The notes beneath the pieces are model-generated. The model searched no databases, was not told where the DNA came from, and saw nothing but the letters and a program-made list of their open reading frames with translations. A stretch of DNA of 64,000 nt from Nitrospinales bacterium. Its GTDB lineage: Bacteria > Nitrospinota > Nitrospinia > Nitrospinales > VA-1. Positions 41,319 to 52,198 of this stretch are shown piece by piece; within the stretch, counting starts at the first letter, position 1; every line of letters starts with the position of its first letter. The stretch covers positions 448,001 through 512,000 of the forward strand of contig OZ253496.1 in assembly GCA_965262115.1 (NCBI GenBank), given 5' to 3'. The position numbers were made by a program, and so were the translations under genes.

Positions 41319-41645
41319 CTACGCCGGTTTGGGAGCCATAAAAACCAGCATGACCAGTTTATCATCAGTGTGGTTCACCACTCCGTGATCCTCACCAGAT
41401 GGAGCCAGGGTGATTTCGTGTTGCGAAAGCACTTTTTCTTCCGCCCCCACGGTCACCTTTCCCTGCCCTTCGAGCACATAATAAACCTTGTCGGACCCCT
41501 CATGGGAGTGGACTTTCTGGAACTGACCGGGCTCAAGACAGTATACATCACAAAAGAAATTGTCCGTGTCAAACAGGCTGATTTTTTTCATCTTTTCGGA
41601 ATTGAACTCAAACACATCCCGAACATTGACCACTTTCATTCCCAT
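41319..41645 (-). CDS. Cupin-domain protein
   Basis: LEPGQ..HSH..DKVYYVLEG.G, APSGEDHGV.N. Confidence 0.88.
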   Translation of the reverse strand: MGMKVVNVRDVFEFNSEKMKKISLFDTDNFFCDVYCLEPGQFQKVHSHEGSDKVYYVLEGQGKVTVGAEEKVLSQHEITLAPSGEDHGVVNHTDDKLVMLVFMAPKPA

Positions 41646-41942
41646 ATCTCAAATCCCGTTAATTGGATTGTTGACCTGCCACCGGCCGGTTAGTTTCCAT
41701 CCACAATTTGCCAAGGGACCGTCTATCGCTGGCGGACAAAAACCCTCAAATTTTCATGAGGTTAGAGATGATAACATAGAAGGTGAATCAAGCCAAAAAA
41801 AATAGGTTTCGCAGATTTGGCACGGCCCTATTTTATTGACATCCTCTTTGCGATCCACTATTTTGAAAAACATTCTATAGACGGAGATGCGAACAAGATA
41901 CAATCAACGCATCCCGGCACACATTCCAAGATCATTAGAATT

Positions 41943-42020
41943 CGGGACGTAGCGCAGCCTGGTTAGCGCACTTGACTGGGGGTCAAGGGGTCGGAGGTTC
42001 AAATCCTCTCGTCCCGACCA
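41943..42020 (+). tRNA. tRNA-Pro (GGG)
   Basis: CGGGACG acceptor stem, anticodon arm cttga-ctGGGgg-tcaag, GGTTCAAATCC T-arm, 3' CCA. Confidence 0.97.
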
Positions 42021-42030
42021 TTTTTAATAC

Positions 42031-42060
42031 AAGGGGTTAACCGGAAACGGTTAGCCCTTT
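42031..42060 (+). terminator. Hairpin terminator after the tRNA
   Basis: aaggggttaaccg-gaaa-cggttagcccttt. Confidence 0.65.
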
Positions 42061-42378
42061 GGTTTTGGATGGCATTTCGCCAAGAATCACGTTTTGAGTG
42101 GGGTTGCCGGAGGAAAGCGGGGTGAACTGCTCGACCTGCATTCTACGCTTCGTTTTTTGTTTCGAAACCTTACTTTGATGACCTTCTAGCAGCATCTATT
42201 AAATCTTTACTCTCACTGATGTACCAAGAATACATGGCCCCATGCTTTGTTTTGAGAATTACTGATTCCGCAAAATAGCCAGCTTTATTACTACATATGG
42301 GGCCAAGGTTTATTGCAATAACGCCTGTTTTATCTCCCCGAATAGATTCTTCATGAGTACTCCCAACGTCCGCTTAAA

Positions 42379-42630
42379 TTGAGAACCTCATTATTGGTTT
42401 TTCATCCAACAACCAATAATCTTTTTGTCGGTAGCATATCAACCAACGATGTGAGGGAGTTTAACGGATTAACCGGTGCTTTTGTCGGCAGTTTCGGTGA
42501 TACGGCAACCAATATATCAGATGGAGGAACAAAAGACATAGCATTTCACCCCTCAAGCTGTTTTTTTGGGGAACAATGGTTACGGAACAAAACACATCCG
42601 GGTTTGCCATGGAATTTATTGGGGATATGA
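42379..42630 (+). pseudogene. Fragment of an NHL/beta-propeller-repeat protein
   Basis: NLFVGS..TNDVREFNGLTGAFV resembles one propeller blade; no convincing start or continuation. Confidence 0.45.
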
Positions 42631-42727
42631 GTGATTCAAAGGCAACAAACGTCCTTGCGGGTAATGCTCAAGTTGTCGGTCCTGCCGCTCCGTAAGTATT
42701 TGTATCCCAACTGACACAGACGGAAGA

Positions 42728-43666
42728 TCAAGTTTCCTTGGACCTGGTTTTTTCCTGGATGGCGTTGAACACCGATAAGGCCTGCGCCACCATAGAACCC
42801 GCGTCACCCGTTTGGGTCGGCAATAAAACCGTATTGCTTTCCTTGGCGAGATTGGAAAAGGCTTCAATATACTGTTCGGCTAATTTCAGGGCCACTGCTT
42901 TTTCGCCACCGGCTTTATCTATTGAGGCAGCGACCATTTCGATTCCCTCTGCCGTAGCTTTGGCCACGGCCAGTATCGCCTCGGCCTCTCCCTTAGCCCG
43001 GTTGATCTGGTCGGTCATGGCCGCTTCAGATTTCAACACCACTTCCTGTTTTATTCCTTCGGCAATATTGATCTGCGCTTGTCGTTTTCCCTCGGAATTC
43101 AAAACTTCTGCCCGCTTTTGACGTTCCGCCGCAACCTGCAGTTCCATGGCCGTACGCACATTAGTGGGCGGCGTTATATCTTTAATCTCATAACGCAGAC
43201 ACTGAATGCCCCATACACTGGACGCTTCGTTGATGGACTGGACAATATTTGTGTTCAATATTTCCCGTTCCTCAAATGTTTTATCCAGGGTTATTTTGCC
43301 CAGTTCAGACCGCATTGTGGTTTGCGCCAGTTGGCTGATAGCATAGAGAGGATCGCGCACTCCATAGGAGGCTTGCTTAGGATCAGTGATTTTTAAATAC
43401 AGGATTCCATCGATCACCAGCGTCACATTGTCTCGGGTGATGGCTGATTGACTGGGAATATCGACGGCATTTTCCTTTAAGGAATGTTGGTAAGCGATCT
43501 TATCGACAAAGGGGATGATAAAGTGCAAGCCAGCAATCAGCGAATTATTGTACCTTCCCAGTCTTTCTACGATCCAGACCTTTTGCTGGGGAACTAATTT
43601 AACGCCCTTAAAAACAAAGATAAATACAACAAAAGCAATGGCTAGAAATAAATTTGGTGTTTCCAT
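42728..43666 (-). CDS. SPFH/stomatin-like (QmcA-type) protein
   Basis: VERLGRY, QSAITRDNV, AQTTMRSELG, RYEIKDI, AERQKRA. Confidence 0.95.
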   Translation of the reverse strand: METPNLFLAIAFVVFIFVFKGVKLVPQQKVWIVERLGRYNNSLIAGLHFIIPFVDKIAYQHSLKENAVDIPSQSAITRDNVTLVIDGILYLKITDPKQASYGVRDPLYAISQLAQTTMRSELGKITLDKTFEEREILNTNIVQSINEASSVWGIQCLRYEIKDITPPTNVRTAMELQVAAERQKRAEVLNSEGKRQAQINIAEGIKQEVVLKSEAAMTDQINRAKGEAEAILAVAKATAEGIEMVAASIDKAGGEKAVALKLAEQYIEAFSNLAKESNTVLLPTQTGDAGSMVAQALSVFNAIQEKTRSKET

Positions 43667-43732
43667 GACCCCTCCCCAATTTGGAAGATTCGCCTGCAAG
43701 TTTTTAAACCCATTTTTTAGAGGCCTCTATAA

Positions 43733-44200
43733 TTATTCTGTCGATGATGGACGAACAATCAGTATTCCCTGAGAAACTTCGGTGATGACGACTTCCGTGT
43801 TCAATGGAATGGGTCCCTCTAAACTATAATCTGTATCTACTTTGCACTTCATGATCGTTCCCGACCATTTCACTTTTCCCGTTTTGCCTTTAGCCAGATC
43901 TTCTCCATAAACAATTGCTGTTGAACCCACCATATCGTTATAACCACCATTTTTTCCTTTTAGGAATTTTTTCAGGGGCTTCCACAACAAACCTGTCCAA
44001 ACTCCGGTAAGAGCAAAAAATAGCATAAATTGATGGGTCGGCTCCATGACCCTACCTGAGACAAGAACCGCCCCGACGCTGATCGCACCTAACCCGGCAA
44101 ACAGAAAACCGATCCCTTCCAGAACCGCAATCTCCAGGAAAATAAAAAAAGCTCCTGCGATCAACCAGCTGGTACCGTGACTGAAATCCAGTGTTTCCAT
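43733..44200 (-). CDS. NfeD-family membrane protein
   Basis: W..G..LE TM segment plus C-terminal OB fold (GKVKWSGT); adjacent to the SPFH gene. Confidence 0.88.
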   Translation of the reverse strand: METLDFSHGTSWLIAGAFFIFLEIAVLEGIGFLFAGLGAISVGAVLVSGRVMEPTHQFMLFFALTGVWTGLLWKPLKKFLKGKNGGYNDMVGSTAIVYGEDLAKGKTGKVKWSGTIMKCKVDTDYSLEGPIPLNTEVVITEVSQGILIVRPSSTE

Positions 44201-44450
44201 AAAGTTTTCCCTTTGGGACCCGAACCATCCTTTCCCTAATCCGAACTGGTCAAATTCTGCTATAAATACCCCCCGTTTGCAAACCTTATTGCCGTGATTT
44301 CGTGCGTCAAAACTGCTCCTAACACGCTTCAGAAAGTAAAACTGGGGACTCTTTCATTGATCCATCAAAAAATTCAGGCAACACCTAAAGTTTGCCACCC
44401 ATATGACGATTAGACTAATAGCATCTTTAGGGCAAAAAAAGGAGAAAGTC

Positions 44451-44543
44451 ATGGTAAGAGACGACATAACCTTTTGGGGACTTAGTGCTTTTTTAGTAAC
44501 CGTCATTATGGTATTAACGTTCCAACCTGCTCCAATCATTTAA
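44451..44543 (+). CDS. Putative 30-aa single-TM small protein
   Basis: RBS aaggag followed by ATG; MVRDDITFWGLSAFLVTVIMVLTFQPAPII. Confidence 0.5.
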   Translation: MVRDDITFWGLSAFLVTVIMVLTFQPAPII

Positions 44544-44550
44544 AGGAACC

Positions 44551-44722
44551 CCGGTAACGGTCTCATTCGGCCTAAGCTCCATTTATGGCTATTTTGGCTA
44601 AAAGAAAAATTGGTGCTTTACCGGTGGTTCATAAAAATAAACTAGTCGGCATAATTACCGCCGCTGATATCCTCAAGGCTTTTGTAAAACTCAGAAACTG
44701 TCTCGATCAATTCGGAAAATAA
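44551..44722 (+). pseudogene. CBS-domain remnant
   Basis: PVTVS, then in another frame KRKIGALPVVHKNKLVGIITAADIL (typical CBS motif); only one partial repeat. Confidence 0.7.
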
Positions 44723-44755
44723 AAAACCCGGCTCGCTCAAGCGAACCGGGTTTTT
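44721..44755. terminator. Bidirectional intrinsic terminator
   Basis: aaaaaacccgg-ctcgctcaagcgaa-ccgggttttt between convergent ORFs. Confidence 0.8.
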
Positions 44756-44783
44756 ACTATTAATGGCAGTAGAACAATAGAGG

Positions 44784-44948
44784 TTAATAAGCCCCTTTAG
44801 TTTCGTCCACTCCCATCTTCTTGAGATCTTCTTTGCTCCATCCTTTCGAGCTTCCGGAATCACTACTTGAACCACCTGTCTGAACTCCAGCGCAACCGCT
44901 AACCACAAACATCAACATCAACACGCACAATAACATTTTCACTTTCAT
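44784..44948 (-). CDS. Small lipoprotein
   Basis: RBS ggagga; MKVKMLLCVLMLMFVVSGC lipobox; Ser/Gly linker. Confidence 0.8.
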   Translation of the reverse strand: MKVKMLLCVLMLMFVVSGCAGVQTGGSSSDSGSSKGWSKEDLKKMGVDETKGAY

Positions 44949-45175
44949 TTTCTCCTCCAAGTCTCGAAGTAAACTAGTTTTACCGCCAATAAACGCTCTA
45001 ATAAATAAAATGTGAATCGGGGTTTTTCCGCACAAAATTATTGTGCTCGCACCCCTGCTTGATCCCCCAACTCCATAACTATATATTTTTCAGCAATTAT
45101 GCTATTCTGATTGTCTCAGATTATAACAGAAAATTCCCGATTCGTCTTTAACGTTCCATAAACGGGGTTAAATTC

Positions 45176-45700
45176 ATGAAAAACTGGTTCATGCTGTCTC
45201 TAATTGGATTCGACCAGCCCAGCATGGTCGCCCGCCTGAGTGCCGGACTCTGTAAAAATGGCTGTAACCTGGGCGACTCTTCCATGGTCCGGTTGGGAAA
45301 CTATTTCACCATCATGCTGATGGTTGAGCATGAAGGCGGAAAGGAATCCTTGGAGCCCATCATTGCTTCTATTTGCGAACCCCTGAAACTCAACGCCCAT
45401 TTAGTCGAACTGGAAGATGGAACCCAGCACCATTGCGAACCGGATGTAAGAATCAGCCTGTTCGCTGAAGACCGTATGGGAATTGTGGAAGATGCCACCA
45501 CGCCCTTGGCCCAAGCCGGATTAAATATCCTGCATCTTGAGTCCAATGTCGGGGACGCCGAAGAGTCGGGCACCTATTATATCCATCTCGAGGGCACCGT
45601 TTCCAAGGGGTTGGATAACCTCTATGAAATTTTGGAAAAACTGGAAAAAGAAAAGGGCATCAAGTCCCACTTGATCCCCATCAATGCTCAGGTCACCTGA
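45176..45700 (+). CDS. Double-ACT-domain GcvR-like protein
   Basis: GFDQPSMVA..., CNLGDSSM, second ACT EDRMGIV...GLNI. Confidence 0.85.
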   Translation: MKNWFMLSLIGFDQPSMVARLSAGLCKNGCNLGDSSMVRLGNYFTIMLMVEHEGGKESLEPIIASICEPLKLNAHLVELEDGTQHHCEPDVRISLFAEDRMGIVEDATTPLAQAGLNILHLESNVGDAEESGTYYIHLEGTVSKGLDNLYEILEKLEKEKGIKSHLIPINAQVT

Positions 45701-45817
45701 CTTTTAAACGCAGAGCCTCTGCGGACAAAATGCAATGTCTGCATCCTGTGGGCAAGCGTGTTATCTCGGCTTGTGATAATTCTTCATTGGCCTTCATGCC
45801 CCGCAGGGGTACAAAGA

Positions 45818-45893
45818 GTCTTGCGAGCCGCAGAGCGGCGCGGCAATCCATAGGGGTTGCCGTCTTTGCGAACAAAGTGAAGCAATCCAGATT
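45818..45893. repeat. Degenerate REP/RPE-like half-elements
   Basis: gtcttgcgag...gcggcaatcc and gtctttgcga...gaagcaatcc match the left arm of 41178-41259. Confidence 0.6.
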
Positions 45894-45902
45894 TGAATAA
45901 TT

Positions 45903-46292
45903 ATGATACTCGGACTCGACGACATACCCGGAGGCACACCCCTCGTTTCTTTCCTCACCTGGTTGGTACTATCCGGACTGTTTTATCTGGTCTGCTACCT
46001 TGCGATTCTCAATGTTCTGGATGACCTGACTAAAAACAGCCTGCTAAAAATCCCGGCGATGCTCGGAGCAGCGATTCCTGCGGCAGGGCTGATGGCGATC
46101 TTCCATTACAAACCCTTCGCGCTGGGAGCAGTGATTTGTGTGACCAATTTTTACCGTGTACGAACCATGCAGACTTCAGAGAAATGGAAAAACCACAAAC
46201 CAAACCCCACTCTCTTTTATGTCGCCAGCTACGCTTATATTTTTCTACTGATGGCCCTGGCAATTTATATCCCCACCCTCGACTTTGGCTAA
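45903..46292 (+). CDS. Hypothetical membrane protein
   Basis: 129-aa hydrophobic ORF. Confidence 0.78.
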   Translation: MILGLDDIPGGTPLVSFLTWLVLSGLFYLVCYLAILNVLDDLTKNSLLKIPAMLGAAIPAAGLMAIFHYKPFALGAVICVTNFYRVRTMQTSEKWKNHKPNPTLFYVASYAYIFLLMALAIYIPTLDFG

Positions 46293-46715
46293 TAATCCAC
46301 TTAACTGATTAATTTTTAAATAGTTACTGACATCTTAACGGGTCGGGATTATATTGTTTCCCAGTTTAACCAACATAACTATTTGATTTATAAAATGTTA
46401 CCTATGGTTCTTCATATATTTGAAAGTTCCGAATGTCATCATCAACAGAAGCACGTTACCTCTACCCCCTCTCCGTTGGGGCTTTCTTATATGTCCGAGT
46501 GCATTCCCTGCAAAAAAATGCGGACCTTCCGTTTTGTCCGTGAGGGAAACAGAAAAGAGGACTGGTACTCGCATACATTGCTGCGAATTAATAGGAAAAG
46601 GAGCGAGAACCAATCCAATAAATCAAGAAGGAAAGATGATGGAATCGATAAGGTAGCAATCTGATTATTTTCAAAATCCCCGATAAAAAATTTTATCGAG
46701 AATAAAAAAAACCAA

Positions 46716-47189
46716 CTAGTTCAGGAGTCCTCGACAACGGGCGATATAGGTGTGGTTGATTTCGGCGTGGGGTTGAATTTCGAGGGCTTTTTGAAAACTT
46801 TGAAAACAATGAATAGCTTCTTCGTACCGTCGCAGATCAAACAAACATAGTCCCATCCCATTCAAGGCGCCAAAATGGTGCTGAATCTTTCGTAGCACTT
46901 CTTCACATTCCTTAACCGATTCTTCGTATTGTCCCATGATAAACAGGAGGGTTGCGAGTTTGTTATGCGCTTCAGAGAAACCCGGACATTTCTCGACCAG
47001 GGACCGGAACATTTCAAGAGCTTGCTCGTGTTGCTGACGATCCATCAACCGGGTTCCTTCATTCAGTTCCTTCTCCATCTCAGGCCCCAATTGGCTATGC
47101 CAGAGAATCCATAACCCCCGCGTGGCGTTCTCGCGAATGGAGGGGTCTTCACTCTTCAGGTCTGCCAAGTATTGCTCAGTTTTGTCCAT
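46716..47189 (-). CDS. TPR-repeat protein
   Basis: PGFSEAHNKLATLLF, HFGALNGMGLC, YEEA..FQKALEIQP. Confidence 0.85.
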   Translation of the reverse strand: MDKTEQYLADLKSEDPSIRENATRGLWILWHSQLGPEMEKELNEGTRLMDRQQHEQALEMFRSLVEKCPGFSEAHNKLATLLFIMGQYEESVKECEEVLRKIQHHFGALNGMGLCLFDLRRYEEAIHCFQSFQKALEIQPHAEINHTYIARCRGLLN

Positions 47190-47294
47190 GGTACTAACAA
47201 GTATAGCGGAGAACCTCCGCAGGCGTAATATCATTCATCAGTTCTCATGGACCTGTGATGTCCTTTTCCTTGAACTTCATGCCCCGGAGGGGTA

Positions 47295-47360
47295 TACGCT
47301 TATATCTTTCTACTGATGGCCCTGGCCTTTTATATTCCCACATTGGATTTCAGCGAATAG
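47295..47360 (+). repeat. Diverged duplicate of the 3' end of gene 45903-46292 (att-like scar)
   Basis: 31 of the first 32 nt are identical to 46230-46261; encodes YAYIFLLMALAFYIPTLDFSE* versus YAYIFLLMALAIYIPTLDFG*. Confidence 0.85.
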
Positions 47361-47369
47361 TCTCCACGT

Positions 47370-50300
47370 TCACACCCACTCTTTACAGAGCACTTCTGCC
47401 TGTTCCAGAATTAACTCCGTTGCCTTTTTCTCCATATCAGGAGGATAGCCGTACTGGCGCAAAATGCGCTTTACCATGATTCTGATTTTGGCTCGTGCAT
47501 TTTCACGAAGCGTCCAGTCAATGCTCACACTTTTCCTGACTTTCTTAAGCAATTCCTGAGAAAGAAAACGCAGTTTTTCATCTCCCATAACATCTCTTGC
47601 GCTCCCGTTATCGGCAAGCGCATAGTAAAAAGCCACTTCTTCATCATTAAGGCCCAATGATTCACCACGCTTTTGCGCTTCCCTCAAATCCTTTGCAATA
47701 CGAATCATTTCCTGAATGACTTCAGCGGCTTCAATAGTACGATTTTGGTATTTATTAATGTCTTGTTCTAACATCTCCGCAAATGACCGCGCTTGGACGA
47801 CGTTTTTTCGTGATCGAGTCTTGATTTCGTCATTGAGAAGTTTTTTTAGTAATTCCAAAGCGAGATTGCGCTGAGGCAAATTTTTGACCTCTTCAAGGAA
47901 TTCATCGGACAAGATTGAAATATCAAGCCTTCCCATGCCAGCGGCTTCAAATATATCAACGACCTCTGTCGATGCCACTGCCCGTGAAACAAGTTGTTTG
48001 ATAGCCGAATCCATCTCATCAAAAGTTTTTCCCTTTTCATCACCCGTGGTCTTAACTAATGCTGATCGCACTTCCTGAAAAAAACCTATGTCATCACGAA
48101 GTGCTAAAGCCTTTTCGTGAGGGACTGAAAGCGCAAACGCCTTGCCAAGTGCTGTGACCGCTGGCAGATAACGTTTTTTCCCATCGTCAAGACTCAGCAC
48201 AAACTCCATCGCCCTCATGATGCCTGAGATGCGGTCAGACGATTTGCCTTTAACAATATTCATGTAATCAAATCCGTAAAACATATCCTTGACGATTCCA
48301 TATTTTTCATAAAGGACAGTAACCGCTTGCTCCTGATCAATTGTTGCTGACCCTTTGCCGCCACTTTCCGTATAATTAGCCAGTGCCTTTCTAAGAGAAT
48401 CCGCAAGCCCAAGATAATCGACCACTAACCCGCCCGGTTTGTCACGAAATACTCGATTTACTCTGGCAATAGCCTGCATGAGATTATGACCATCCATGGG
48501 CTTGTCTGCATACATAGTGTGCATGCTCGGACAATCAAACCCGGTTAGCCACATATCCCTGACAATGACCAACTTTAATTCATCTTTAGGGTTTTTGAAC
48601 CGCTTCGCCAAATCTTCGCGCCCCGTTTTGCTTCGAATATGAAGTTGCCAGTCTAAATGGTCGGATGCAGAACCTGACATGACAATTTTCATAATGCCTT
48701 TTGTATCATCATCACTATGCCATTCCGGCTTGATCTTTCTGATAGCCTCGTGCATATCCACACAAACCCGACGGCTCATACAGACAATCAACGCTTTACC
48801 ATCCATGACCTCAAGACGTTTTTCGAAATGCGCCACTAAATCTTCTGCAACCAGATTAACGCGCCTCTTCGCCCCCACCATCGCTTCCAGCGCGGCCCAT
48901 TTGGTACGAAGCTTTTGTTTGCCTGATTCTTCTGCATCTTCAGTGATGTTTTCAAACTCAGGATCAAGCTTTGGTTTTTCATCTTCTTTCAGTTCAATTC
49001 TTGCTAACCGGCTTTCGTAATAGATCGGAACCGTTGCGCCATCTTCCACCGCTCGAAGGATGTCGTATTTGTCTATATAGTCCCCAAACACAGCAGGCGT
49101 ACTGCGGTCATCGTTCTCTATAGGTGTCCCCGTGAAACCTATGAACGAAGCATGGGGAAGCGCATCGTGCAAATGCCTTGCAAACCCATCAATAAAATCA
49201 TATTGGCTTCGATGCGCCTCATCCGCTATGACGACAATATTCTTTCTCTCAGAAAGAAGCGGGTGTGCGTCGCCCTTCTGGTCAGGCATGAATTTCTGAA
49301 TGGTGGTAAAGATGACTCCGCCAGATGCCACCTGCAAAAGCTCGCGCAAATGCAAGCGGCTTCCTGCCTGAGTTGGAGACTGCCTCAGCAGATCCTTACA
49401 GTTGGCAAACGTGCCAAACAACTGGTCATCAAGGTCGTTTCTGTCCGTCATCACTACTAATGTAGGATTGCCCATATCAGGGTGGCGAATGACTTTCCCT
49501 GCATAAAAGGTCATCGACAAACTTTTCCCGCTCCCCTGCGTATGCCAGATAACTCCAATCCTGCGGCCTCCAAAATGGTCCGTGCCGGGGCCATAGTGCG
49601 TTTTTCCCTCTTCTACGGTTAACGATTCGTTTGATTCAGGGAACCTGCCTATCAACTTGCTTTGGTCCGCAGAAATCCCGCAAGCAGAAAAAGTGCAGGA
49701 CAAGGCTTTATTGACCGCCCAATACTGATGATAGGCTGCGCCCTTCTTCTCAATAGTGGCTCCGTCATCCTCAAAAACAATGAAGTTAAGGAGATAACCT
49801 AGAAATCGCCGACGCTCAAACAGTCCGCGAACGGTCACTTCCAGTTCGGGCATACTTTTTGGGGCAAGCACTGTGCCCTCTACCGTCCGCCACGGCATGA
49901 ACCGGTCCCAGTCACTGGTGAGTGTTCCCGTTCTTGCCTGAATACCATCCGAAATCACCAACACTTCGTTGGCTACAAAAAGAGAAGGGATATCTTTCTT
50001 ATAGGTTTGCAGTTGATGGAACGCGCTTTTGACGGTGGCGTTCTCATCCGCCGGGTTCTTGAGATCCATCACAGCCAAAGGCATGCCGTTAATAAACACG
50101 ACCACATCCGCCCGTCTGTTCTTATTGTCTTCAATAACAGTGAACTGATTCAAAGCCATCCAGTCGTTGTTGTCGATATTTTCGAGGTCTACCAGCCAAA
50201 CCTTGACATGCCGGGTTCCGCCATATTCGTCCTTGGCAGGCACCTCGACATCCACGCCATCGGTCAACAACCGGTGAAAAGAGCGGTTGTTGACAATGAG

Positions 50301-50543
50301 GTCCGGAGATTCCGTGCCCGTTATTTTTTTGATGGCTTCCTCAATACCGATGCCGGGAACATCGGGGTTAATACAGGCCAGGCTCTTCCGCAACCGGTCA
50401 AGCAAAAACACTTGCCGATACTCATCGCGTTCCGCATCCGGCGTATCAGGGGCAAGATCAGGACCATGCAGGATGCCATAGCCCAACTCCCCCAGCCATG
50501 CCAGAGTCGCCTCCTCCACAGTGTTTTCGGTGATCTTAGTCAC
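47370..50543 (-). CDS. hsdR: Type I restriction enzyme R subunit
   Basis: [17 protein letters not shown] nuclease, [38 protein letters not shown]. Confidence 0.96.
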   Translation of the reverse strand: MTKITENTVEEATLAWLGELGYGILHGPDLAPDTPDAERDEYRQVFLLDRLRKSLACINPDVPGIGIEEAIKKITGTESPDLIVNNRSFHRLLTDGVDVEVPAKDEYGGTRHVKVWLVDLENIDNNDWMALNQFTVIEDNKNRRADVVVFINGMPLAVMDLKNPADENATVKSAFHQLQTYKKDIPSLFVANEVLVISDGIQARTGTLTSDWDRFMPWRTVEGTVLAPKSMPELEVTVRGLFERRRFLGYLLNFIVFEDDGATIEKKGAAYHQYWAVNKALSCTFSACGISADQSKLIGRFPESNESLTVEEGKTHYGPGTDHFGGRRIGVIWHTQGSGKSLSMTFYAGKVIRHPDMGNPTLVVMTDRNDLDDQLFGTFANCKDLLRQSPTQAGSRLHLRELLQVASGGVIFTTIQKFMPDQKGDAHPLLSERKNIVVIADEAHRSQYDFIDGFARHLHDALPHASFIGFTGTPIENDDRSTPAVFGDYIDKYDILRAVEDGATVPIYYESRLARIELKEDEKPKLDPEFENITEDAEESGKQKLRTKWAALEAMVGAKRRVNLVAEDLVAHFEKRLEVMDGKALIVCMSRRVCVDMHEAIRKIKPEWHSDDDTKGIMKIVMSGSASDHLDWQLHIRSKTGREDLAKRFKNPKDELKLVIVRDMWLTGFDCPSMHTMYADKPMDGHNLMQAIARVNRVFRDKPGGLVVDYLGLADSLRKALANYTESGGKGSATIDQEQAVTVLYEKYGIVKDMFYGFDYMNIVKGKSSDRISGIMRAMEFVLSLDDGKKRYLPAVTALGKAFALSVPHEKALALRDDIGFFQEVRSALVKTTGDEKGKTFDEMDSAIKQLVSRAVASTEVVDIFEAAGMGRLDISILSDEFLEEVKNLPQRNLALELLKKLLNDEIKTRSRKNVVQARSFAEMLEQDINKYQNRTIEAAEVIQEMIRIAKDLREAQKRGESLGLNDEEVAFYYALADNGSARDVMGDEKLRFLSQELLKKVRKSVSIDWTLRENARAKIRIMVKRILRQYGYPPDMEKKATELILEQAEVLCKEWV

Positions 50544-52198
50544 ACGACCGCCTCGACAAATTTCTCTGCTTCGGGGATGCGGAGTTCCCCTGACAGGAGT
50601 TTAGGAAGGAGGGTGTCTCGTTCAAGGGCTAAAGCTTTAATATCAATGGAACATACTTCTATCTTCTGATCAAAAACTCCAGCCCACTTTTCGAAATTCT
50701 CCACAAGTGCTTTGGAGCACTTAATCCACTTAAGAGCTTTGAAATCCCTTTGGCTGATGCTGCCAAAAACTGTTCCTTCTCCTTCAAACCTGTTGAAATG
50801 TTCTTCTAGTTCCTTCATTGCATAATAGGTATAAGAACGACTTCCAGATTTATGACGCACAGCCCCAACACCCCTACCAATACAACAGTTTTCTAGAGCC
50901 ATATTTACGTCACCCACAGGTGCACGCACGCTTACTAATGTGTCGTCTTTTGAAGCGAACCTCTTTGGCTTTGTGCAATAAATACGGTTCGATGGGTACC
51001 TAAAACCAAAGTCCACTCGGCCTTGAAAGAAAGGCTCCCCTTTGTTATCTTCGTTGTAGGAGTAGCCAGGAGGAGACTGGCCCATTGTCACGTCAAACTC
51101 TTCTCCAGTCGTACTCACTTCCCACCCCTTAGGTATCCAGCCTAATTCTTTGGTGTGTTCGAATTCATTGGGAAAAAGATTTTGAATTTCTTTTGGCAGG
51201 GGTTTGCGGGCATGACCAAGGTTTTTCCGCATGGCGGCTCGTTCTGCTAGTTCTTTGGGTATGGATTTGCCAGCGGCCAAAGCGTTGTCAATAACCGGAT
51301 CAAAATCCACAAACCAGCTTTTGAACAATGCCTGTGCCATGGCTTCCAACGTCTCATTCATCTTGCGGTTCAATTCAATTTTATCGTCCAGCGAACCTAA
51401 GATATGGGCAATTGCGCGTTGTTCGGGGAGAGTTGGCAATGGAACAGGAAAGCGTCCAAGGATTTTTGCGTTTGCTCCCGCTTGTGCCGAACCAGTTTTG
51501 GAGGAATTTACAAAGCCCCACCATTTTGAAGACCTCATGTTGTACCAAGTGAAAAATGGGTCAGCTAAATCAGAATTAATTTTGAAACGAATTAAGTATG
51601 AAGCAAAAACCGTTTCCTCTCTGCCTGTGAAGATATAATTTTCACCGGTACTGTTTCCCGTCCTTGCTACAACAATGTCTCCAAAACTCAACCGATACTT
51701 TTCTAAATCTTTTTCATCAATTGGGCAAAAAGGCACAGTCTTCCAGTTAACAACACCATTTTGGATATCAGTTATCCGCAAGAAATGTGGTCCAACTTTT
51801 TCCGAACTTGCGCTTTCAGTATAGCCATAGGAAACATCCGTGGCCAATTCGGATAATGAAAGCTCTCTCCACCCCTCCAGGACAACCTCACCCATGTCCT
51901 CCTGCAACACCACATGCTCGGCCTTAATATTTTTGCGGAACTTTTCCGGCACTTCATCCCAGACAAACAAGTCCATGCGGAATGGCAGGTTGCTTTCCTC
52001 GAAAGCTTCTTTCAGGTTGGAGACCTGGGGTTTTTGTTCGGGCGTGGTGAAAACCGCCATGTCGAGATCGGACTGCGGACGGGATGTCCATTTAACACGG
52101 GAACCGTAAACCCAAACGATGGTATTAGGAAGATAGCTTCTCAGCAAATCGAGAATAACCTTGCGCTGAGCAGGGGTTATATCTATGCTCACTCCCAT
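50540..52198 (-). CDS. hsdS: Fusion of a minimal nucleotidyltransferase (MNT antitoxin) and a type I specificity subunit
   Basis: aa 1-100: [16 protein letters not shown] = GSX10DXD, plus third Asp in FRMDL. Remainder: two TRDs with [29 protein letters not shown] and [12 protein letters not shown]. Confidence 0.92.
   Translation of the reverse strand: MGVSIDITPAQRKVILDLLRSYLPNTIVWVYGSRVKWTSRPQSDLDMAVFTTPEQKPQVSNLKEAFEESNLPFRMDLFVWDEVPEKFRKNIKAEHVVLQEDMGEVVLEGWRELSLSELATDVSYGYTESASSEKVGPHFLRITDIQNGVVNWKTVPFCPIDEKDLEKYRLSFGDIVVARTGNSTGENYIFTGREETVFASYLIRFKINSDLADPFFTWYNMRSSKWWGFVNSSKTGSAQAGANAKILGRFPVPLPTLPEQRAIAHILGSLDDKIELNRKMNETLEAMAQALFKSWFVDFDPVIDNALAAGKSIPKELAERAAMRKNLGHARKPLPKEIQNLFPNEFEHTKELGWIPKGWEVSTTGEEFDVTMGQSPPGYSYNEDNKGEPFFQGRVDFGFRYPSNRIYCTKPKRFASKDDTLVSVRAPVGDVNMALENCCIGRGVGAVRHKSGSRSYTYYAMKELEEHFNRFEGEGTVFGSISQRDFKALKWIKCSKALVENFEKWAGVFDQKIEVCSIDIKALALERDTLLPKLLSGELRIPEAEKFVEAVV

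Noticed and set aside
46383..46664. 93-aa ORF with CxxC
   Set aside because: TTG start, no family recognised; cannot support as a gene
46790..46807. 9-bp tandem duplication in the TPR gene (FQSFQK)
   Set aside because: In-frame micro-duplication with no evident consequence
49560..49700. Insertion in HsdR before Walker A as a possible intein or extra domain
   Set aside because: Too short, lacks intein terminal motifs, and is likely a variable loop
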